A stretch of DNA of 64,000 bases from Desulfuromonadales bacterium (GTDB lineage Bacteria > Desulfobacterota > Desulfuromonadia > Desulfuromonadales > Syntrophotaleaceae), in contig JABXKU010000001.1 in NCBI GenBank assembly GCA_013619105.1, positions 26,996 through 90,995 of the forward strand, written 5' to 3'. A program made the translations under genes and the position numbers. The notes beneath the pieces are model-generated. The model saw only the letters and a list, made by a program, of their open reading frames with translations. It had not been told where the DNA came from and did not search any database. Positions 14,520-23,044 of this stretch are shown piece after piece (positions within the stretch are counted from its first letter, which is position 1; every line of letters starts with the position of its first letter).

Positions 14520-16778
14520 TTATTTACCTTTGTCCTCCCACGATATATTTGGAAGAGTTTTACTATTAGGGTGGTCTAGATTATATTGCGTTTCTGTAGA
14601 GTGACCGATACCGAAGCCATCAGTAACGTGAGTGGTTCGCGTGGGTGGGCGATTGGTGTGTGGTCGAGAGCCTTGCTTGATGGCGCTGTTGAGTGCCGCA
14701 CCAAAAATTTGTCCAATTACATTGCCAAATTGCTGGCGATTCCCTTCTTGCTTTGCATCCAGTTGTGATTGTTTTTCTGCTTTTTGTGCCATGGCAAGAT
14801 AGTTTGAGTAAAATGAGCAGTTTTGGCTTTGGTATAAAGTTCCTTTAAATTGGTTCCAGTTGTTGCCACGCAAAGCGCTATTCATTTCTGCTAAATTCTT
14901 ACTGCACTGAAGTTCAGGGACTGCGCTTGCATAGAAAGTGCAGTAAGAATTCTCTGCTAAAACTTGTTTAGCACCATCGTAGTTATCGCTGTTGAACGCG
15001 GCCCGGTAACGCGATTCAGCATCGAGACACATGGATTGAGCGAGACCGGCCACTTCACTTTCATAAAATTCACACCCGCCAGATTCATCTAAGATTTGTT
15101 GACAGGCTTCAAATTTTTTGGCATTGAGGGCCGCAACATAGCGTTGTTGGTTTTTTTTGCAGAATTCACTTTTTGTACAAGCGGAGAACAGAGTGAGGAG
15201 CACCGTTTGCTCCTGCTTTGAAACAGGGTCACCCGCGGTAAGGCTTTGCAGTTGAACTGTATTCTCTTCCTCAGGTATCGGCGCGCCATCTCCATCATTG
15301 GTGGCGACGACAAGTCCCACCGCTTCCATCAGGCGTACTGCTTCTAATTTTCCCAATCCGATCACAGCCGGAATTGTTTGTTGTTCATACTGTCCATAGA
15401 GAACGAGGGCCACCACTTGGTCTGATTGAATAAGGTCACCTGGTGATGGAGCTTGGGTATGTACTTTAAATTCTAATTTTGTGCTGGGGGCTATCTTGCC
15501 AACGGTGATTGCTCCTGTCGCTGGGACTGTAAGCCCTGCCGAGGTCAGTACGCCCCGTGCTTTTTGTGGATTCATGCCGATCACGCTAGGCATGGTTATT
15601 TGTTCTTGTTTGTCGTAGCTAAGGGCGGTAATTGTCATAAAAGAGCCAATCGGTTGCTGACTCTTTGCTGTAGGGCTTTGAACGTAGATTTTACCGATTA
15701 AATCTGAGGTGGGTGCGGGTTTTACCGTCTGAACTGAAGCGGTGAATCCAGCCGCTTGGGCCGCCTGTTCTGCTTGAGCTTGCGTCATTCCTGCGAGGCT
15801 TGGAACGGTCAGCATTTGGCTACTTGTGGCTATTTCATCAAGGGTCAGTTGCTGATTGTGTTCTATCCGTTGGCCAAACCGTTGGTCGCGAATTTGCTGT
15901 GCTTGTTGATGTAATTGTTTGGGATCAATATATCCTGTAGAGGAGAGACGCCCTTCAGGATAAACAAGAACAAAGTCAGTTCGAACTCTTCGAACTTTTT
16001 TTTCGTTATCTTCAGCTCTATCTTGAAGATAGTTTGAAGCGGCATCGCCAATTTTGACGGCGTTGGGTTCAATAACCTCGGTATAGATGACAGATCCACC
16101 AACCGCTCCGACAACCGCTCCAATGGCTCCGCCAGCAGCAGCACCAATGGGGGCTCCAACAGGTCCAGCTAATAAAGTGGCTGCTCCTCCACCGAGTTTG
16201 GCTCCCACTGCAGCACCATAGGCAGCACCATAGCCAGCAACGGCTCCAGAGGCGGCACTGTTGGCTGCCGCTCCGGCAGCACCGAGAAGATCGCCACCTG
16301 ATAACGCTCCTGCCATGGTCGCGAGTGTGCCCGCTTTGTCAAGTTGATCAAGGCGGGTTGTTACTTCGCTGAACGTCTTACCACTGCGTTGTAAAATAGA
16401 AATAGCTTCACTTTTATCTGTTTTATAGATGTGTTGAATGATCTTTATTTTCTCTGATCTGCTCGATTTCGAAAGCTGTCTCAACACGGCCTTTTTAATT
16501 GGATCACCAGAGTTGGTGAATGGTGAGCTGACACGGTTGACGGTTTGTGCGGATGTTGAGATGGCTTTTCCCGTATGATCAATCTCCTGCCTGAATTGTT
16601 CATTAGCCTGTCGTTTAATAATTTCAGCTTCAAGCATCTCCATCGGCGGCACAGGGGTGTGAGCTTGAATCGCTCTAAAATCGTGATTGTAGCCAAAGGC
16701 GGTTGGTACTTTGGCCCCGCAGACCATAACAAGGCTAAGTGTTAGCAGTGTCAACACTGACATAAAGGAGGATTTCAT
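14520..16778 (-). CDS. secreted 752-aa orphan protein: glycine-zipper segment, three PASTA-like domains, three Cys-bracketed repeats
   Basis: A signal peptide is present. Residues ~155-230 are a Gly/Ala zipper (GAAGAAANSAASGAVAGYGAAYGAAVGAKLGGG...). Residues ~323-532 hold three units of the type [TV]P..[IA]G[ML]....A...L...G[FL], which look PASTA-like. Residues ~534-667 hold three C..FY repeats. Its ATG overlaps the upstream stop (ATGA). Confidence 0.75.
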   Translation of the reverse strand: MKSSFMSVLTLLTLSLVMVCGAKVPTAFGYNHDFRAIQAHTPVPPMEMLEAEIIKRQANEQFRQEIDHTGKAISTSAQTVNRVSSPFTNSGDPIKKAVLRQLSKSSRSEKIKIIQHIYKTDKSEAISILQRSGKTFSEVTTRLDQLDKAGTLATMAGALSGGDLLGAAGAAANSAASGAVAGYGAAYGAAVGAKLGGGAATLLAGPVGAPIGAAAGGAIGAVVGAVGGSVIYTEVIEPNAVKIGDAASNYLQDRAEDNEKKVRRVRTDFVLVYPEGRLSSTGYIDPKQLHQQAQQIRDQRFGQRIEHNQQLTLDEIATSSQMLTVPSLAGMTQAQAEQAAQAAGFTASVQTVKPAPTSDLIGKIYVQSPTAKSQQPIGSFMTITALSYDKQEQITMPSVIGMNPQKARGVLTSAGLTVPATGAITVGKIAPSTKLEFKVHTQAPSPGDLIQSDQVVALVLYGQYEQQTIPAVIGLGKLEAVRLMEAVGLVVATNDGDGAPIPEEENTVQLQSLTAGDPVSKQEQTVLLTLFSACTKSEFCKKNQQRYVAALNAKKFEACQQILDESGGCEFYESEVAGLAQSMCLDAESRYRAAFNSDNYDGAKQVLAENSYCTFYASAVPELQCSKNLAEMNSALRGNNWNQFKGTLYQSQNCSFYSNYLAMAQKAEKQSQLDAKQEGNRQQFGNVIGQIFGAALNSAIKQGSRPHTNRPPTRTTHVTDGFGIGHSTETQYNLDHPNSKTLPNISWEDKGK

Positions 16779-17836
16779 CGGCTGTACCTCGAGTCAGGAT
16801 AGAGTTGAGTGTAGATATGCTGATAATCCACAAGGTCAAAACGACGGACTCGTAAACGGTTGCCCGTCCCTTCTAGGTAGATCGCCAGACTGTTTGCCCC
16901 TTGATTAGGGCTAAGGAAAACAAGACTGCCTGTGTTTGTTTCTATGGCATACCTAACCGATAGTGATGCGAACCATTGTGGTGGTAACTGTCTGAGTCGC
17001 TGGACAGTATTTTGTGGTGTTTTATCTGCATAGGGAAGTAGGTTCTTAATTGTTCCATTGATCGCAGCTGTAACAATTTCCCCAGTTATTCGCTGGACGG
17101 TGGCCATGGTGTCGGTATTGGGTTGTTGATAGTTGAGTTGGTTAATAAGGTGATCGTTGAGGGTCAATGCTGCTGCATGATAGTTTAAGCTTTTGAGAGA
17201 ATCGTTGTTTAAAACACTAAGTTGCTGTCGCCATTGTTCCGTTTCTTTCGATGAAAAAACTGTTTCAAAGGCAGCTGTTGTTTCAGCTACACTAATCCCC
17301 AGTGCTAGCGGGAGTGAACCTTCTTTGCGTAACCAGCGCGGGATAACACTCAGCTCATTACTCTGGCGGTGAAGCCAATCGGCTTGAATTAACTCTGCAT
17401 CGCTGATTTTATAAATTTCATCGTGAGCTTGCCATTTGGTGATCAATACAGTGTCGCTGTAGGGATTGTAGTAACCTATCAGCGGTGAGGTGATATTACC
17501 GAGAGAGTAGATTTGCATCCCGCCATCAAAAAAAAGTTGCCAGCCTGCTTGTGACTGCTCGGGACTCCACAGTGCTAGATCAATCTCATTGAGTTGGGCC
17601 ATTCCACGAGGGGTTGCAAGCGTGAGCAACGCAACAGCGTAATCATTGTGAGCCATTTGCTTGAATTGGGTTGCTGAGATCATCAATGATGTAATCGCTT
17701 TATTGTCTTTCTGCGATTGATCTACTGTAGATGAAGTAAATACGGGAACGGCACAGAGAAGGAGTAGAATGATTCCAGCTGTGAGCAGGACAATGCGTGA
17801 CTTGCCATTGTTTTGGCGCAATAGATTTAGAGCCAT
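16775..17836 (-). CDS. orphan 353-aa bitopic membrane/periplasmic protein, translationally coupled to the 752-aa gene
   Basis: It has an N-terminal TM segment (IVLLTAGIILLLLCAVPVF) and I recognise no family. Its stop overlaps the next ATG (16775-16778). Confidence 0.65.
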   Translation of the reverse strand: MALNLLRQNNGKSRIVLLTAGIILLLLCAVPVFTSSTVDQSQKDNKAITSLMISATQFKQMAHNDYAVALLTLATPRGMAQLNEIDLALWSPEQSQAGWQLFFDGGMQIYSLGNITSPLIGYYNPYSDTVLITKWQAHDEIYKISDAELIQADWLHRQSNELSVIPRWLRKEGSLPLALGISVAETTAAFETVFSSKETEQWRQQLSVLNNDSLKSLNYHAAALTLNDHLINQLNYQQPNTDTMATVQRITGEIVTAAINGTIKNLLPYADKTPQNTVQRLRQLPPQWFASLSVRYAIETNTGSLVFLSPNQGANSLAIYLEGTGNRLRVRRFDLVDYQHIYTQLYPDSRYSR

Positions 17837-18023
17837 AGAGTTTATCCATTTAGCTGTTGTGAATAATCGAAAATAGCTACGATGTAGAGTAGACGTAAGT
17901 TGAAAATTAATAAAGACAATTTTGGGGATACTAGGGGCCAGTATATCTAACTAGGTGTCAGGTCCCGCATGGTCGGTAACCTTTTTGCGAAAGAGCTCGA
18001 GGTGTTCTTTTTGCCAAACTTTA

Positions 18024-18098
18024 AGCGCCTCGATAGGCGTCTTGTAGACGGGGAATATGTTGATTGTAGAGGTAAGCATAGCGCCTCGATAGGCGTCT
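18024..18098. repeat. 19-bp exact direct repeat x2 (AGCGCCTCGATAGGCGTCT), each a small hairpin
   Basis: The copies lie at 18024-18042 and 18080-18098, starting 56 bp apart. Each contains CGCCT-CGAT-AGGCG. Confidence 0.9.
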
Positions 18099-18123
18099 CA
18101 GATAACGCGAAAATCAATTTAAG

Positions 18124-18156
18124 ACGGCCCAACCTATGGTAAATAGGTTGGGCCGT
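18124..18156. terminator. strong hairpin downstream of the lipoprotein gene (probable terminator)
   Basis: ACGGCCCAACCTAT (18124-18137) pairs with ATAGGTTGGGCCGT (18143-18156) across a 5-nt loop. T-rich tracts on both sides are only moderate. Confidence 0.45.
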
Positions 18157-18211
18157 TTGGTGTTCCGGTACTTGTGATTTATCCGAAATATGGGGAGTGT
18201 CCCTCGTTTAA

Positions 18212-18553
18212 CTACAAGCAATTGTATATCAACCGAGTTTCCCACCTTGCTTTAGAAGGAGACCACGGGGGAATATCCTTGTTGTTTGAAATTTCTTCTA
18301 ATGCACTGTTTGGAAGCTCACCTCTTTCCGCAACTTGTTTATTTCTTACGGCTGGAGTCATTCTCCATTGATAACAAAATTTTTCTGCGGCTTCAGTTGC
18401 GATTTCTGTAGCGCCCCGCGTGTTGTAGTGAGATCCAAAAGCAAATAAATCTTGTTGCGGCGGAGGGGTCTCAGCTCTTTTATGAGTTATATCTTTAACC
18501 GTCGAGCACCCGACAAGTACAAAGCTAAAAATAACAATAATATTTTTGATCAT
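18212..18553 (-). CDS. small lipoprotein (113 aa), unknown function
   Basis: MIKNIIVIFSFVLVGC carries a lipobox (LVGC), and GGAGAG lies upstream of the ATG at 18553. The ORF track starts at 18646. Confidence 0.55.
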   Translation of the reverse strand: MIKNIIVIFSFVLVGCSTVKDITHKRAETPPPQQDLFAFGSHYNTRGATEIATEAAEKFCYQWRMTPAVRNKQVAERGELPNSALEEISNNKDIPPWSPSKARWETRLIYNCL

Positions 18554-18940
18554 TTTCTCTCCATAATTGGTTAGGGTACAATGCTTAAGTGTTTTTTCAG
18601 AGCGAAACCATCGTAAAAAGCCGAGCAAGAATGAGCCGTCTAGCAACCCACTAAAGCCCTACAGAAATTCAATTATACTTCATTAGCAAAACCGTAGGAA
18701 TGCTAAACCTTTTCCGAAGAAATGGCAATAAATGATAGGAGGTAATCCTATCCATCGTTGGTTTTTGCGAAGAATTTCCCTCGAAACTGCGGCCTGCAGG
18801 TTTCGGTCTTCGACCTTTTTGATTCAATACGAGGAAACCCGCATGGTAGAGGTACCATCTTTTACTGTGCGAAATTCTCTGCCATATCAGAAAAGCCCTC
18901 AATCCGTAGGTTGAGAGCTTTTAGCATCTGACAGGTGGTG

Positions 18941-18980
18941 AGAAAAAAGAAAAGCCCCCGATCCGGCGATCGGGGGCTTT
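18941..18980 (-). terminator. intrinsic terminator after the GGDEF gene
   Basis: A perfect 13-bp stem: AAAGCCCCCGATC (18951-18963) pairs with GATCGGGGGCTTT (18968-18980). On the minus strand it is followed by TCTTTTTTCT. Confidence 0.8.
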
Positions 18981-19062
18981 CATGCAGAGATGTGGCAACT
19001 TGTAATACGTCATTCATTGCGATGTGAATGTCTATAAAGCTAACGCCGATTCACGTCGCAAA

Positions 19063-20094
19063 TTACGCTTCCACTTGAATGCAATTGCGGCCGGCTGTTT
19101 TAGCGCGATAGAGTGCTGCGTCAGCTTGTTGCACCAGTTCAACAGGAAGGTGTTGGTTTGATGGCTGGAGGCCAGCCACACCAAGGCACACCGTGACGAT
19201 GCCGGAAGGTGAGTTAGCGTGGGGCATTGCAAGTGACAAGACCATTTGATGGATGTGCTTTGCAGTTTCCAGTGCGGCTTGATTGTCCATATTTGGCAAA
19301 AGGATGGCAAATTCTTCACCACCATAACGAGCTACCAACTCACCTGAACGACGTCCAGATTCCGCTAAACCCTTGGCCAGTTTCTGCAAGCAAGCATCTC
19401 CGGCTAAGTGGCCATAGAGGTCGTTAAATCGTTTGAAGTGGTCAATGTCAAGCATGATAAGCGCCAGCGGGGAACCGCTGCGCTGGCCTCGGTTCCATTC
19501 TTGGCTGAGCATTTGATCAAAAAGGCGTCGGTTACCGATATTGGTCAAGCCATCAGTATTACTCTGTATTTCCAGTAGCCTGTTAGCCTCGGCCAATTCT
19601 TTTGTCCTGTTTTCAACAATCTGTTCAAGTTCGAGGTTGCGTTCTTCCAGTCGAGACATCGGATAGATTTCACTATCATTAGCCAAGCCATAAGGGATTG
19701 AGATTCCGCTATGTACAATTTTCCAATCGCTATTCTCGTGGCGGAATATTAGCACTAGCCTGGCAGTCTCGCTCGAAAGTATGTGCTCGGGTACTGGCAG
19801 GTGAATATGGAAAAAAGCAGTGACGGCAACAATGTCTTCAGCAAGGTCTTGTAATGATAAATTAAGTAGTTCTATACGGATCTGTCCGGGTATTTGTGCA
19901 AAATCTTGCCTTGTAACCCGGATCCACTCATCCTTACTTGTGACGAGAACGTCGCTGCTGCCCGCATAACCACTAAAATTGTCACTAAAGCGTGAGGTCA
20001 GTCGGTCATCGCGTGAAGAGTACATTTCAATGTATTCGTCAAATAATGACCGGATTAGTTGCTGGCGTTCAAGCCGCATAGATCTATGCTCCAT
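19063..20094 (-). CDS. diguanylate cyclase (GGDEF) with an N-terminal NTF2/SnoaL-like domain
   Basis: RYGGEEFAILLP is the active-site motif, preceded by a coiled linker. The N-terminal ~130 aa is NTF2-like. An alternative start at 20079 has GGAG 9 nt upstream. Confidence 0.85.
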   Translation of the reverse strand: MEHRSMRLERQQLIRSLFDEYIEMYSSRDDRLTSRFSDNFSGYAGSSDVLVTSKDEWIRVTRQDFAQIPGQIRIELLNLSLQDLAEDIVAVTAFFHIHLPVPEHILSSETARLVLIFRHENSDWKIVHSGISIPYGLANDSEIYPMSRLEERNLELEQIVENRTKELAEANRLLEIQSNTDGLTNIGNRRLFDQMLSQEWNRGQRSGSPLALIMLDIDHFKRFNDLYGHLAGDACLQKLAKGLAESGRRSGELVARYGGEEFAILLPNMDNQAALETAKHIHQMVLSLAMPHANSPSGIVTVCLGVAGLQPSNQHLPVELVQQADAALYRAKTAGRNCIQVEA

Positions 20095-20412
20095 ATTAGG
20101 AACGTAAAAACGTTTCTAGAGATTTACGTGACCTTACCCCGCGGGCTCTTAGAAACCAAACAATTTGTGTCCCTTGAAATCTACTTCAGCAGACTAAAAA
20201 GGTCAACAAAGTGCCGCGAAGGTTGTGTCAGCAACTCTGGCGGGTAGAACTCGGCTAACTTAGGGCCTATCTTATGTTCCCACAAGCTGAAACACTACGG
20301 AATTTCGATTAAAATTGATGGGTGGCTTTGAATTATTCAACACCGACAGGGGTCAGGCAACAACAGGCGGCAGGTTTGATATCAGAACATCGGGCCATTT
20401 TATCCCTGTTTC

Positions 20413-20440
20413 TTGACACCCCATAGGCCATTGATATGCT
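20413..20440 (+). promoter_or_regulatory. possible sigma-70-type promoter upstream of lon
   Basis: TTGACA (20413-20418), a 16-nt spacer, then TATGCT (20435-20440), about 115 nt upstream of the lon ATG. Confidence 0.3.
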
Positions 20441-20553
20441 TTTGAGGCGGGCATCGAATACCCCATGCCAGCCTGCTGAAGTTGCTTGAGGTGCGTAGAA
20501 GGGCAGGTCCTCGATGTTTCATTACTTTCTTCTCTCTTGCACGGAGCGCGCGG

Positions 20554-22938
20554 ATGTTCAATAAAAACCTCACTATTCCACCGCAATTGCCTATCTACCC
20601 TTTGCGCAAGCAGATTATTTTTCCCCATATGATTTTTCCGCTACTGGTGCAAAGTCAGGGGATGACCCCCATTGAAGAGGCTTTGCGCCGCGACCATTTG
20701 TTGGGTCTGGTGCCGGTGATGCCCGAAGATACGGCTGAAGGCCTGCATGAAGTCAATTCCATCGGTACGGTCTGCCGTATTACTCAAGTCTTTCGCTTTC
20801 CCGAAGGGGGCGCCAAGGTGATGCTTGAGGGGTTGGTACGTATTCGATTGCTTAGTGCCAGCCAGCAGACCCCCTTTGTGCTGGCTACAGTTAAAGTGCT
20901 CAACGATCCAGAGAGCAGGGGACCCATTGCCGAAGCCCTTGCCCAGAGTGTTAAAGCTTTACTTAAGGTGGCTCTGGCCTATGGTCGGCCCCTGCCGAGC
21001 GAAGTTTTGAAGATGATGAACCAGGTTAATGAACCGGGAGAACTGGCTGACCTGGTGGCGGTCTATCTGACTCTTGACTTTGTCGATCAGCAGCAGCTCC
21101 TTGATACTCTGGAGCCGTTGGAGCGACTTAAACAGATCTATATGCTGTTGACCGCCGAGGTCCAAAAACTGCAGGTGCAGGGCGAGGTGCAGTCCGAGGT
21201 GGCGAAACGGATCGGCAAGAATCAAAAAGAATATTTACTGCGGGAGCAGCTCAAGCAGATTCAGAATGAACTCGGAGATGATGATCCTCACCAGGCAGAA
21301 CTTAGCAAATTGCGTCGGGCTCTGGAGGATGCCGATTTGCCGGAAGAGGTGGCCACGGTCGCCGACCGGGAGCTGGAACGTCTGGGGAGAATCAACGCCT
21401 CTTCGCCGGAATATAGTGTTTCGCGAAGCTATCTGGAATGTCTGAGCAATGTGCCTTGGGCTCTCGGCACCGATGATGTGTTGGATATCGCCGCAGCGGA
21501 GCAGACCCTGGACGAAGACCATTACAATCTCAAGGAGGTCAAGGAGCGCATTCTGGAGTTTCTGGCCGTGCACAGTCTGAAGAAGACTCTTAAGGGGCCG
21601 ATTCTTTGTCTGGTGGGACCACCCGGGGTCGGCAAGACCTCCCTCGGTCGCTCCATCGCCCGGGCTATGGGCCGCAAGTTTATTCGTATCTCTCTCGGTG
21701 GCATGAAGGATGAGGCGGAAATCCGCGGTCATCGTCGGACCTATATTGGCGCCATGCCGGGTCGCATTATTCAGGAGATCAGTCGGTGCAAGGCCAACAA
21801 TCCGGTATTTATGCTCGATGAGGTGGACAAGATCGGCCAGGACTTCCGTGGTGATCCATCATCAGCGCTTCTGGAGGTACTCGATCCGGAACAGAACGAT
21901 ACCTTTACCGACCATTACCTCGATGTGCCCTTTGATCTATCGCAGGTTATGTTCATCACCACGGCCAACGTCATGGATCCGGTTCCGGCTCCTCTGCGGG
22001 ATCGCATGGAGACCATTCGCCTGCCCGGCTACAGTGATGAGGAGAAGCTGCAGATTGTTCTTAAATATCTGCTGCCGAAGCAATTGGAAGAGAATGGTTT
22101 GCAGGATTATCCCCTTGAATTTGAGCAGGATGCCATTTTTAAGATTATACGGGAACACACCCGTGAAGCCGGAGTGCGCGCGGTGGAACGCCAGGTTGCA
22201 GCCATCTGTCGCAAGGTGGCGAAGGAAATTACTCAGGGGGGCGTGCCCCGCACCCTGATTAATGAAACGGATGTCGATAGGCTGCTCGGTCCACGGCGCT
22301 ACTATGCCGATGCGGCTAGCGAGGAGGACCGAGTCGGAGTCGCTACCGGTCTGGCCTGGACCGAAACGGGTGGGGACATCATCTTTATCGAAGCCTCCCA
22401 AATGGTCGGTAATAAAGAACTGATGCTGACCGGCAGTCTTGGCGACGTGATGCGCGAATCGGCTAAGACGGCCTTATCCTTTGTTCGCGCCCATCATGCT
22501 GAGTTTGGTATCGCAGCCGATTTCTTCGAGCAGAGTGACTTGCATATTCATGTGCCGGCCGGTGCCATCCCTAAAGACGGACCTTCAGCTGGCGTGGCGA
22601 TCGCCACCGCCCTTATCTCTCTGCTGACCCATTGTCCGGGTCGGCGTAATGTGGCCATGACCGGTGAGTTGACCCTGACCGGCCGGATATTGCCTATCGG
22701 TGGGGTTAAGGAGAAGGTACTGGCAGCCCATCGAGCCGGAGTCACCACGGTGCTGCTACCGGCCAGCAACAGCGATCATTTGCAGGAAATCGATGAGAAT
22801 ATCCGCCGCGAAGTACGCCTGGTGCTGGTCGACAGCATGGCCGATATCGTAGCCGAGGCTTTGATCGACAATCCCCTGGTCAAGGTGCAGAGCCTGTTGG
22901 CCGTCAGTCCTATTTTTCCACCCAATCCTCTGCCTTAA
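20554..22938 (+). CDS. lon: ATP-dependent Lon protease
   Basis: It has the LON N-domain, Walker [10 protein letters not shown], and a proteolytic domain with PKDGPSAG (catalytic Ser). The ATG at 20554 has ACGGAG upstream; the ORF track starts at 20482. Confidence 0.95.
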   Translation: MFNKNLTIPPQLPIYPLRKQIIFPHMIFPLLVQSQGMTPIEEALRRDHLLGLVPVMPEDTAEGLHEVNSIGTVCRITQVFRFPEGGAKVMLEGLVRIRLLSASQQTPFVLATVKVLNDPESRGPIAEALAQSVKALLKVALAYGRPLPSEVLKMMNQVNEPGELADLVAVYLTLDFVDQQQLLDTLEPLERLKQIYMLLTAEVQKLQVQGEVQSEVAKRIGKNQKEYLLREQLKQIQNELGDDDPHQAELSKLRRALEDADLPEEVATVADRELERLGRINASSPEYSVSRSYLECLSNVPWALGTDDVLDIAAAEQTLDEDHYNLKEVKERILEFLAVHSLKKTLKGPILCLVGPPGVGKTSLGRSIARAMGRKFIRISLGGMKDEAEIRGHRRTYIGAMPGRIIQEISRCKANNPVFMLDEVDKIGQDFRGDPSSALLEVLDPEQNDTFTDHYLDVPFDLSQVMFITTANVMDPVPAPLRDRMETIRLPGYSDEEKLQIVLKYLLPKQLEENGLQDYPLEFEQDAIFKIIREHTREAGVRAVERQVAAICRKVAKEITQGGVPRTLINETDVDRLLGPRRYYADAASEEDRVGVATGLAWTETGGDIIFIEASQMVGNKELMLTGSLGDVMRESAKTALSFVRAHHAEFGIAADFFEQSDLHIHVPAGAIPKDGPSAGVAIATALISLLTHCPGRRNVAMTGELTLTGRILPIGGVKEKVLAAHRAGVTTVLLPASNSDHLQEIDENIRREVRLVLVDSMADIVAEALIDNPLVKVQSLLAVSPIFPPNPLP

Positions 22939-23044
22939 GGACTGTTGCTGATTAGCCCTTGCGGTGCCCTGGCCCTTTCGGTATATACTTAATCTTATAG
23001 CTAGTTTCCCGCTGTTAGCCGAATTGTGTCAGAGGAGTAATTGC

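Noticed and set aside
17947-18132. 61-aa ORF (minus) as a real gene
   Set aside because: It is created by reading through the duplicated 19-mer, and it has no RBS. It is better explained as relic sequence (see the finding on the island spacer).
12181-20400. Flanking direct repeats or att sites of the AT-rich island (for example GTTGTCAG..CAACTG near 12318 versus GTTGTGTCAGCAACTCTG near 20222)
   Set aside because: The match is short and gapped, there is no integrase or tRNA anchor, and it is not distinguishable from chance.
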